Assembly (NCBI GenBank): GCA_964304625.1
Contig: OZ199840.1
Span: 7,102,336 to 7,166,335 of the forward strand
Direction: 5' to 3'
Length of the DNA: 64,000 nt
DNA from: Kudoa neothunni
Taxonomy: Eukaryota > Animalia > Cnidaria
Positions 51,444 to 63,100 of the stretch are shown one piece after another. A program made the translations under genes and the position numbers. Position 1 is the first letter of the stretch; every line of letters begins with the position of its first letter. The notes under the pieces are model-generated. The model ran no database searches and was not told the origin of the DNA. It was given only the letters and a program-made list of their open reading frames with translations.

Positions 51444-53657
51444 TAAGGTTTAATTCGGTTCGGTTTTCGGTTTTTTGTTATTTTTTTAAACTATTTAGAA
51501 GAATTGTTTAACGATTTATAAGAAAATATAAATACAAACTATTCACTATTAAACATACTTTCCAAAAAAGGTTTAAAATTATCTTACAGTTTAATTAATT
51601 TTGTATTCTCTTTTTAAAAGTGGTTATAGTCTATTTATGTTAGAATTCTACATAATGCTTCATAACAAATATCATTAGAATCAAACAACAATTATTTCGG
51701 TTTTCATAAATAAACACGATAGTGTCGAGTTTTGAATCGCTCAATCTTGTTCTGAGTGGGGTTATGATGTGATTACACAAGGAAAAACATCTTTCGGAAT
51801 CAATGCTCGTGGGTCTTATGTTAGAAAGGGATTTTCGAACTCTTTCTAAGCGATCCGTCATCACGCCATGACATGTAAAATTGAGGATTTCATCTGAGTC
51901 GGTAAGTTTTAAACGCTTGGGCTCGGAAACGTAATTTATCAAATCTTCTAAGTCCAAATTAGACTCTGGGGCTTCACTTTCAATTTGATTAACTGGCTCA
52001 ACAAAGTTTATCGCTTCCTCTAGCTCAAAATGTGACGGTCTTTTGTAGAAAAAGCTTTTGTCACAGATTTTTGAATCAAAACTTAGATTCAAAAAAATGT
52101 CCGACCAAATTGTCCGTCTTTCTTTGCAGCGCTTGATGACGTTTTCTTTTAATTTCGATGCAATTGATCCCTCAATATGTGTGAGTTCATTTATTGTGCC
52201 TGTCAATATAAAATCACATTGCGCCAAATTAATAACCGAATCAGACAATTTAAGAACAGCTCGATGTACAATTTCAAGGGATGATGTTAGTTCCTTTATT
52301 GTAAATCATTCATAAAAATATTATGTAAGTAATTACATTGATGAAAATTATTTCGTCCTTGTCTACTGATAATTCCTTTTCCAGAATAGAATAAGTATGC
52401 TCTATTGCCTGGTACATTTGAACAAACTTTATCAACATTTGATATAAGCTGGACCAACGTGTGACACAATCAATGTTTAGAGATAAATATTGTATTCCCT
52501 TTTCCTCACACGACTTCCTTAATGTGTCGGTAGCCAGTCCAGATCTTGAAAAAAATTGATAATTGACCTGACCCGAGAAACAACATCAAAAAAGTTGGAC
52601 ATAAGAACAAACTCCTGCTCATCAAATTCTAATTCATCAGATTCCAGCTCTTCCGTTATCATTCCTGTATTTTCTATCCGAAAACTATAGGTTTCTTTGT
52701 ACATTGTGTCTTTAACAGCTATAAGTTAAGTTATTCTAGGATTGTCACTTGACAACACGATTACCCAAATTTAGGCCGTGAAGCATGCACTTTATCTGCT
52801 GAAACCCCAACTCATACGTACATTTTGCCATGTTCGAAGCTCCATCAGTGCACATAAATAATGAATTGACTCCAAATTTGCAGAGTTGTTTATTTATTAA
52901 TGAAGCCAATTCTACACCTGTGCATCTTTCTGTCACTCTTGTTACACCAAGAGAGATTTTTTTCCCCTCGAAATAGGCTTGGATATTAAGGAAACGTTTA
53001 TTTGACCTTGATGTCCACTCGTCACAACAGAGTGCAGGTCTTGAGTTTGACCCAGCAAAGATTTTTTTAATTTTCATTGTCATTGAGTTTTCCACAATGA
53101 TTAATGAATTAAAAATTGCGCCATAGGACACTGGAACTTCTTTTCCATATGCCTTTGTGAGCAGCTTTCTTAAAGTTACACTGCTGGCAATTTTCCTAAT
53201 TGGAATACTGTCGACAGCAATCAGTCTCGCGATATCTGAGTCAAGATTTGACTCCCAGAGACCTTTGTTGACAAAATTGTTAATTATGGGTTGCGTTTGA
53301 ACGATTCTAATTTTTATTTAAAAATATTAATGATGTTGAATAACTTTGATTTTGAATCGATCCCATGCGTCTTGGCATGTGAATGAAGTGTGCTCGTTGA
53401 GCCTTTTTTGCAAACAAGTACAGCATTGCACTTTTTGCATTTAGCCTTCTCATCGGCTAGTTTAACAAAAAAATTCCAAATAGCGCTCACCATTTTTGAC
53501 CAATTTTATCACCGTTAAAACACGTGCAATTCCACGAAAATCTTATGCTCATTTAATACATTAAAAAGTTTTCTTTATTTAGAATATGATAAATACTTAA
53601 CAAAAATTTTAAAATCGGTTTCGGTTTTTAAAAAAACCGAACCGATCTTAAACCTTA
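51444..53657 (-). mobile_element. hAT element with a nearly intact 4-exon transposase (paralog of 27457-30944)
   Basis: TIRs TAAGGTTTAA(T/GA)TCGGTTCGGTTTT. ATG at 53493, introns 53344-53307, 52764-52719 and 52336-52294, stop at 51640. Motifs CCDEWTS, CTDGASN, CMLHGLNL, DCVTRWSS and PTSIDSERCFS. One frameshift in the A-run near 52549-52555. No TSD. Confidence 0.93.
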
Positions 53658-53659
53658 TC

Positions 53660-56200
53660 TCCTTTGTAGTCGACTCCAGTGCCGATTGCTCAATCATCTA
53701 CCGAACGAAAATTCCTATAATCGAACACACATCTAACTGCCTATAATACGAATATAAAATTTCATTTAACAACGACCGTCCCTCCATATATTCTCATCCT
53801 CGGCACCTAACTACTGAAAAACTCAATGCAGCAAAAGCGGAATTTCTTCAACTTGAGGAACTTGGTATTTTCGACGACCTTCGAGCGAATGGGCCTCATG
53901 TCTCCATTTCGTAGTCAAATCCAACGGAAAGTGGCGCCCTGCGACGACTAAGCACGGTAACAATTCCTGACAGATATCGATATCCCGTATCGAACAACCA
54001 AGATTTTTCGCGACACTTATACAATTGCAACGTCTTCTTCAAACTTGATCTCGTTCGAGGATACCTCCAAATATCATTGGCTGAAGAGGATATTCCCAAA
54101 ACAGCCATAACGACTTGTTTCGGATTGTTTGAATTTGTTAGGATGCCGTTTGGTCTATGAAATTCTGCTCAAACATTTCAACGAGTGATGGACCATATTT
54201 TCAATGACATTGACTTTGTTTCCGTATATTTCGATGACCTCCTAATCACTAGTAATGATGAAAACAACCACAAGAAACACCTTAACGAGGTGCTCAGTTG
54301 CTTCGATAAATTCTGGTCAGCAGCCAATACTTAGAAATGTGAATTCGGTAGGAACAAAATCAATTTCCTTGGACACACAATTTCAAACAACGGAATAAAA
54401 CCTCCGATCGACACAATTACCCCAATTCAAAATTACCGTCAACCGGGTACCAACAAAGAACTTTCACGATTTCTAGGGATGATCAACTTCTGTCACAGAT
54501 TTATCAAGAACGCATCGGAGATCCTGAGACCGTTGTATGATGCAACCAACTCTGGCAAAAAAATCATCTCCTGGGCACCCGAAATGAGCTCCGCGTTCGA
54601 GTCAATCAAAGCTCTGCGATGCCACCATGCTAAGTACCCAATTCCAAATGCCAAACTCAAACTGACAACTGACGCTTCCAACACCGCCATAGGAGCAACT
54701 TTATCCCAACTAAATAACGAAGCATGGGAACCGCTAGCTTTCTTCAGCAAGAAACTATCAAAGTCCCAACAAAATTATAGCACGTTTGATCGGGAGCTTT
54801 TAGCCATATATGTATCAATTCGACATTTCCTAGAAGGTCAAGGATTCATCTTTTTTATGGATCGTAAACCACTCACATTTATCCTTTCCAAAAAGACTGA
54901 TCTATGTTCCTCCCGTCAACAACGACGAGTATCCTACATTTCCGAATTCACGACCGACATCCAACACATCGATGGAGTAAAGAACGTCCCAGCTGACGCT
55001 TTATCAAGAATCCCCATAAATGCAATCTTCCATTCTCCTCATGATTATTATCGTTTTGCAACCTCACAAAAACACGACAGCAACATCAAAGGATACAAAA
55101 AAGATCCTAAATCACTAAAAATCAAATCGTTCCCGTTCGGCCACCAACCAATTAGTATTCTCTGTGATATCTCAACTGGCAGACCATGGCCGATCTTACC
55201 GAGAGATTGGACACAAACGATCCTGAATCGATGTCGCATCATTGACGCAAAACGACAACGAAATTGATATGCGAACGGTTTGTTTGGGAAAGTATGAAAA
55301 GACAGCCAATTTTGTCCAAAATTACAAACGATGCGAAAGGTCAAAAATCCAGAATCATGTCAAAACATCACTTGAACAAATCCCCCACACAACCCAGAAG
55401 TTTTCGCATAGTCACATCGATATCGTCGGGCCACTTCCCGAATCCCAATCTAATAAATACATTTTAACACTCATCGACCGCTACTCTAGATGGCCAGAAG
55501 CAATACCATTGGACGATATTAAATCCGAATTATGTGTAAACGCCCTTCGTCGTCAATGGATAAACAAATATGGAATTCCAGAGATCATCACGTGTAACAA
55601 TTTTCCCCAGTTTATATCAACATTGTGGAAAACTACGTGCCGAAATCTCAATATCCACCATGTCAACTACTCGGGCAAATACTATCCGCAGTCCAACGGA
55701 ATCATCGAGAGGATTCACCGAACGTTGAAAGCGGCCATTATGACGAGAACAGAAAGCTCCCCAATCACATGGTACGACGAACTACCAATGATAATATTAG
55801 GTCGCCGAATAATTCCAAAAGAAGACATCAACTACTCACCGTCTCAACTTATCTATATTTATTGCTATAATATCAGAGCTCCATTAGACTTTCACAGCAC
55901 GTTGCCACCGAAACTCAACACATCTGAATTTTCTCGACTTAACCAACTACGCACCTATGCAATCGGCACATTCCCATCCTACCACTGCTCTCAAAAACCT
56001 TATTTTCCAAACATAAATTCAACAGCAACCACATATACATACTCAAACCCATTCCCGAAGCGCTGGAACAACCATACGAAGGGCCATTCAAAATCATATA
56101 AAAACAGCCACCATTTTGCTTAACAACAATCAACGAACAATTTCAATCGATCGAACAAAACCGGTCACAATCCACAGTCAAAACGAAGATAATTCAGTAT
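53660..56200 (+). mobile_element. Ty3/Gypsy pol pseudogene (protease remnant, RT, RNase H, integrase)
   Basis: Motifs FVVDS, FFKLDLVRGYLQI, RMPFGL, YFDDLLI, LTTDASNTAIGA, YSTFDRELLA, HIDIVGPLP and YPQSNGIIERIHRTLK, in Gypsy domain order. No LTRs seen. Confidence 0.93.
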
Positions 56201-56206
56201 CTAAGG

Positions 56207-56382
56207 CAGCGCTTCCCAACTAAAACTGGACTCGCATCCCAATTTTTTTACAAAACGAAATTCGCACCCCTTTGTATACGATAATGTGTAACAGACTTAA
56301 GATTTATCAAAAATTATTTTTAATTTTGATCAGATCTCGCACCACCTGAGACCAAAGTTCGCGCCCCCAGCTGAGAACCCCG
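56207..56382. mobile_element. About 175-bp hAT (Charlie-type) MITE, copy 2
   Basis: Homologous to 10523-10696. TSD ATCTAAGG / ATCTAAAG (7/8). Confidence 0.8.
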
Positions 56383-57183
56383 ATCTAAAGGGAGATAATG
56401 GCCGGTGGCCCATTCGATTAGATTCGTTGACTATCGTACCTACGCTATAAAAGTTTTTAGTCCGATTACATTTGTCATTAGTCTCGGCTCCCGCCGCTAC
56501 AATATTATTTAAGATAGTCAACATGAAGAGTAATCCAAAATAAGTGAGCAGGCCATAAAAATATTTCTATCGTTTGGAAAAACATGGTGTAAATCATGAT
56601 TTTCGAGAAATGCTAGAACAGAGCCTAAATATCGATACAAACTGGAAGCTGCCCCAGCCATGAGAATCCTATTAACGAATATAAAGCCAATTATCAGAGG
56701 AAACCATGGTCCAAAAACAACTATATTCAACTTTATGTATTATTATCCAATATATTTGTTAGAATACCTATGGGATTCTATTAATACAAAATAATTACCT
56801 TTAATTATCAAGCATTAGAATCCTCAAGATAGTAGTTAATTACTTTATTATATATATAAACTACTATTATCTCGAAGAAGATTACTGTTGTATTTTTGAT
56901 CATAGTGTTATGAATAATAGTTGCAACAATCTTAACAATATTGTTTTTAAAATTGTTCCATTATTACAATACATATAATCTGAAATTATTTCGAAAATCG
57001 ATAATCGATAAAAATATAATACTAAATTAAATATAATATAAAAAACGCAATATTAGTTGTGCTGAGCAAATTAAAACAATTTTTACTAGGGTACACCATT
57101 CAATTCAAATAACATTGAAGGATTTCATCCGATTAAAAGATTGAAACCATTCTTCAATCGGGTTTGATACAACGTACCATAAT

Positions 57184-60100
57184 AGAATATCCAATTAATT
57201 AATACAGCGAATTCAATAAAATATCCATAGTAGTACTATTTTTAATTAAGGTTGCTATGGTTGTTGAACAGCCTGTGACAAACAAGAATCAGCAATTAAT
57301 TAATACAGCGAATTCAATAAAATATCCATAGTAGTACTATTTTTAATTAAGGTTGCTATGGTTGTTGAACAGCCTGTGACAAACAAGAATATCCAATTAA
57401 TTAATACAGCGAATTCAATAAAATTTCCTAGTAGTACTATTTTTAATTAAGGTTGCTATGGTTGTTGAACAGCCTGTGACAAACAAGAATCAGCAATTAA
57501 TTAATGATCATATTCGTATAAAATTTCCTAGTAGTACTATTTTTAATTAAGGTTGCTATGGTTGTTGAACAGCCTGTGACAAACAAGAATATCCAATTAA
57601 TTAATACAGCGAATTCAATAAAATTTCCTAGTAGTACTATTTTTAATTAAGGTTGCTATGGTTGTTGAACAGCCTGTGACAAACAAGAATATCCAATTAA
57701 TTAATACAGCGAATTCAATAAAATATCCATAGTAGTACTATTTTTAATTAAGGTTGCTATGGTTGTTGAACAGCCTGTGACAAACAAGAATATCCAATTA
57801 ATTAATACAGCGAATTCAATAAAATATCCATAGTAGTACTATTTTTAATGAAGGTTGTTATGGTTGTTGAACAGCCTGTGACAAACAAGAATATCCAATT
57901 AATTAATACAGCGAATTCAATAAAATATCCATAGTAGTACTATTTTTAATGAAGGTTGCTATGGTTGTTGAACAGCCTGTGACAAACAAGAATATCCAAT
58001 TAATTAATACAGCGAATTCAATAAAATATCCATAGTAGTACTATTTTTAATTAAGGTTGCTATGGTTGTTGAACAACCGGTGTCTAACAAGAATCAGCAA
58101 TTAATTAATGATCATATTCCTATTAAATTTCCTAGTAGTACTATTTTTAATTAAGGTTGCTATGGTTGTTGAACAGCCTGTGACAAACAAGAATATCCAA
58201 TTAATTAATGATCATGTTCGTATAAAATTTCCTAGTAGTACTATTTTTAATTAAGGTTGCTATGGTTGTTGAACAGCCTGTGACAAACAAGAATATCCAA
58301 TTAATTAATACAGCGAATTCAATAAAATATCCATAGTAGTACTATTTTTAATGAAGGTTGCTATGGTTGTTGAACAGCCTGTGACAAACAAGAATATCCA
58401 ATTAATTAATACAGCGAATTCAATAAAATATCCATAGTAGTACTATTTTTGATGAAGGTTGCTATGGTTGTTGAACAACCGGTGTCTAACAAGAATCAGC
58501 AATTAATTAATGATCATGTTCGTATAAAATTTCCTAGTAGTACTATTTTTAATTAAGGTTGCTATGGTTGTTGAACAGCCTGTGACAAACAAGAATATCC
58601 AATTAATTAATACAGCGAATTCAATAAAATATCCATAGTAGTACTATTTTTAATTAAGGTTGCTATGGTTGTTGAACAACCGGTGTCTAACAAGAATCAG
58701 CAATTAATTAATACAGCGAATTCAATAAAATATCCATAGTAGTACTATTTTTAATTAAGGTTGCTATGGTTGTTGAACAACCGGTGTCTAACAAGAATCA
58801 GCAATTAATTAATGATCATGTTCGTATAAAATTTCCTAGTAGTACTATTTTTAATTAAGGTTGCTATGGTTGTTGAACAGCCTGTGACAAACAAGAATAT
58901 CCAATTAATTAATACAGCGAATTCAATAAAATATCCATAGTAGTACTATTTTTAATTAAGGTTGCTATGGTTGTTGAACAACCGGTGTCTAACAAGAATC
59001 AGCAATTAATTAATGATCATATTCCTATTAAATTTCCTAGTAGTACTATTTTTAATTAAGGTTGCTATGGTTGTTGAACAGCCTGTGACAAACAAGAATA
59101 TCCAATTAATTAATACAGCGAATTCAATAAAATTTCCTAGTAGTACTATTTTTAATTAAGGTTGCTATGGTTGTTGAACAGCCTGTGACAAACAAGAATA
59201 TCCAATTAATTAATACAGCGAATTCAATAAAATATCCATAGTAGTACTATTTTTGATGAAGGTTGCTATGGTTGTTGAACAACCGGTGTCTAACAAGAAT
59301 CAGCAATTAATTAATGATCATGTTCGTATAAAATTTCCTAGTAGTACTATTTTTAATTAAGGTTGCTATGGTTGTTGAACAGCCTGTGACAAACAAGAAT
59401 ATCCAATTAATTAATACAGCGAATTCAATAAAATATCCATAGTAGTACTATTTTTAATTAAGGTTGCTATGGTTGTTGAACAACCGGTGTCTAACAAGAA
59501 TCAGCAATTAATTAATGATCATGTTCGTATAAAATTTCCTAGTAGTACTATTTTTAATTAAGGTTGCTATGGTTGTTGAACAGCCTGTGACAAACAAGAA
59601 TATCCAATTAATTAATACAGCGAATTCAATAAAATATCCATAGTAGTACTATTTTTGATGAAGGTTGCTATGGTTGTTGAACAACCGGTGTCTAACAAGA
59701 ATCAGCAATTAATTAATGATCATGTTCGTATAAAATTTCCTAGTAGTACTATTTTTAATTAAGGTTGCTATGGTTGTTGAACAGCCTGTGACAAACAAGA
59801 ATATCCAATTAATTAATACAGCGAATTCAATAAAATATCCATAGTAGTACTATTTTTAATTAAGGTTGCTATGGTTGTTGAACAACCGGTGTCTAACAAG
59901 AATCAGCAATTAATTAATGATCATGTTCGTATAAAATTTCCTAGTAGTACTATTTTTAATTAAGGTTGCTATGGTTGTTGAACAGCCTGTGACAAACAAG
60001 AATATCCAATTAATTAATGATCATGTTCGTATAAAATTTCCTAGTAGTACTATTTTTAATTAAGGTTGCTATGGTTGTTGAACAACCGGTGTCTAACAAG

Positions 60101-63100
60101 AATCAGCAATTAATTAATGATCATATTCCTATTAAATTTCCTAGTAGTACTATTTTTAATTAAGGTTGCTATGGTTGTTGAACAGCCTGTGACAAACAAG
60201 AATATCCAATTAATTAATACAGCGAATTCAATAAAATATCCATAGTAGTACTATTTTTAATTAAGGTTGCTATGGTTGTTGAACAACCGGTGTCTAACAA
60301 GAATCAGCAATTAATTAATGATCATGTTCGTATAAAATTTCCTAGTAGTACTATTTTTAATTAAGGTTGCTATGGTTGTTGAACAACCGGTGTCTAACAA
60401 GAATCAGCAATTAATTAATGATCATATTCCTATTAAATTTCCTAGTAGTACTATTTTTAATTAAGGTTGCTATGGTTGTTGAACAGCCTGTGACAAACAA
60501 GAATATCCAATTAATTAATGATCATGTTCGTATAAAATTTCCTAGTAGTACTATTTTTAATTAAGGTTGCTATGGTTGTTGAACAGCCTGTGACAAACAA
60601 GAATATCCAATTAATTAATACAGCGAATTCAATAAAATATCCATAGTAGTACTATTTTTAATGAAGGTTGCTATGGTTGTTGAACAGCCTGTGACAAACA
60701 AGAATATCCAATTAATTAATACAGCGAATTCAATAAAATATCCATAGTAGTACTATTTTTAATGAAGGTTGCTATGGTTGTTGAACAGCCTGTGACAAAC
60801 AAGAATATCCAATTAATTAATACAGCGAATTCAATAAAATATCCATAGTAGTACTATTTTTAATGAAGGTTGCTATGGTTGTTGAACAACCGGTGTCTAA
60901 CAAGAATCAGCAATTAATTAATGATCATATTCCTATTAAATTTCCTAGTAGTACTATTTTTAATTAAGGTTGCTATGGTTGTTGAACAACCGGTGTCTAA
61001 CAAGAATCAGCAATTAATTAATACAGCGAATTCAATAAAATATCCATAGTAGTACTATTTTTAATGAAGGTTGCTATGGTTGTTGAACAGCCTGTGACAA
61101 ACAAGAATATCCAATTAATTAATACAGCGAATTCAATAAAATATCCATAGTAGTACTATTTTTAATGAAGGTTGCTATGGTTGTTGAACAGCCTGTGACA
61201 AACAAGAATCAGCAATTAATTAATGATCATATTCGTATAAAATTTCCTAGTAGTACTATTTTTAATTAAGGTTGCTATGGTTGTTGAACAGCCTGTGACA
61301 AACAAGAATCAGCAATTAATTAATGATCATATTCGTATAAAATTTCCTAGTAGTACTATTTTTAATTAAGGTTGCTATGGTTGTTGAACAGCCTGTGACA
61401 AACAAGAATATCCAATTAATTAATACAGCGAATTCAATAAAATATCCATAGTAGTACTATTTTTAATTAAGGTTGCTATGGTTGTTGAACAACCGGTGTC
61501 TAACAAGAATCAGCAATTAATTAATGATCATGTTCGTATAAAATTTCCTAGTAGTACTATTTTTAATTAAGGTTGCTATGGTTGTTGAACAGCCTGTGAC
61601 AAACAAGAATATCCAATTAATTAATACAGCGAATTCAATAAAATATCCATAGTAGTACTATTTTTAATGAAGGTTGCTATGGTTGTTGAACAACCGGTGT
61701 CTAACAAGAATATCCAATTAATTAATACAGCGAATTCAATAAAATATCCATAGTAGTACTATTTTTAATTAAGGTTGCTATGGTTGTTGAACAACCGGTG
61801 TCTAACAAGAATCAGCAATTAATTAATGATCATGTTCGTATAAAATTTCCTAGTAGTACTATTTTTAATTAAGGTTGCTATGGTTGTTGAACAACCGGTG
61901 TCTAACAAGAATCAGCAATTAATTAATACAGCGAATTCAATAAAATATCCATAGTAGTACTATTTTTAATGAAGGTTGCTATGGTTGTTGAACAGCCTGT
62001 GACAAACAAGAATCAGCAATTAATTAATGATCATATTCGTATAAAATTTCCTAGTAGTACTATTTTTAATTAAGGTTGCTATGGTTGTTGAACAGCCTGT
62101 GACAAACAAGAATCAGCAATTAATTAATGATCATATTCGTATAAAATTTCCTAGTAGTACTATTTTTAATTAAGGTTGCTATGGTTGTTGAACAGCCTGT
62201 GACAAACAAGAATATCCAATTAATTAATACAGCGAATTCAATAAAATATCCATAGTAGTACTATTTTTAATTAAGGTTGCTATGGTTGTTGAACAACCGG
62301 TGTCTAACAAGAATCAGCAATTAATTAATGATCATGTTCGTATAAAATTTCCTAGTAGTACTATTTTTAATTAAGGTTGCTATGGTTGTTGAACAGCCTG
62401 TGACAAACAAGAATATCCAATTAATTAATACAGCGAATTCAATAAAATATCCATAGTAGTACTATTTTTAATGAAGGTTGCTATGGTTGTTGAACAGCCT
62501 GTGACAAACAAGAATCAGCAATTAATTAATACAGCGAATTCAATAAAATATCCATAGTAGTACTATTTTTAATTAAGGTTGCTATGGTTGTTGAACAACC
62601 GGTGTCTAACAAGAATCAGCAATTAATTAATGATCATGTTCGTATAAAATTTCCTAGTAGTACTATTTTTAATTAAGGTTGCTATGGTTGTTGAACAACC
62701 GGTGTCTAACAAGAATCAGCAATTAATTAATACAGCGAATTCAATAAAATATCCATAGTAGTACTATTTTTAATTAAGGTTGCTATGGTTGTTGAACAGC
62801 CTGTGACAAACAAGAATATCCAATTAATTAATACAGCGAATTCAATAAAATTTCCTAGTAGTACTATTTTTAATTAAGGTTGCTATGGTTGTTGAACAAC
62901 CGGTGTCTAACAAGAATCAGCAATTAATTAATACAGCGAATTCAATAAAATTTCCTAGTAGTACTATTTTTAATTAAGGTTGCTATGGTTGTTGAACAAC
63001 CGGTGTCTAACAAGAATCAGCAATTAATTAATACAGCGAATTCAATAAAATATCCATAGTAGTACTATTTTTAATGAAGGTTGCTATGGTTGTTGAACAG

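Noticed and set aside
522-56524. Many 60-150-aa ORFs in the ORF track, for example 13645-14097, 42081-42281, 48871-49242 and 54493-54750
   Set aside because: They are antisense or off-frame shadows of transposase/pol sequences, or chance AT-rich ORFs.
56575-56605. HDLHH box of a fatty-acid hydroxylase/sterol desaturase
   Set aside because: No other histidine boxes nearby.
56630-57170. Cytochrome b NUMT (IKPD(TGA) and SWLGQLPV on the minus strand)
   Set aside because: The motifs are about 500 nt apart, more than twice the cytb spacing, lie in different frames, and have many stops even with TGA read as Trp.
57230-57300. Spliced-leader RNA or 5S gene tandem array
   Set aside because: No recognisable 5S or snRNA sequence. 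The Sm-like T-run lies upstream of the AAG|GT, the wrong order for an SL RNA.
58060-58100. Retropepsin-like FLLDTGCSTTI on the minus strand of one monomer type
   Set aside because: Present in only one haplotype (the other reads LFVTGC), bounded by stops, with no other protease motifs.
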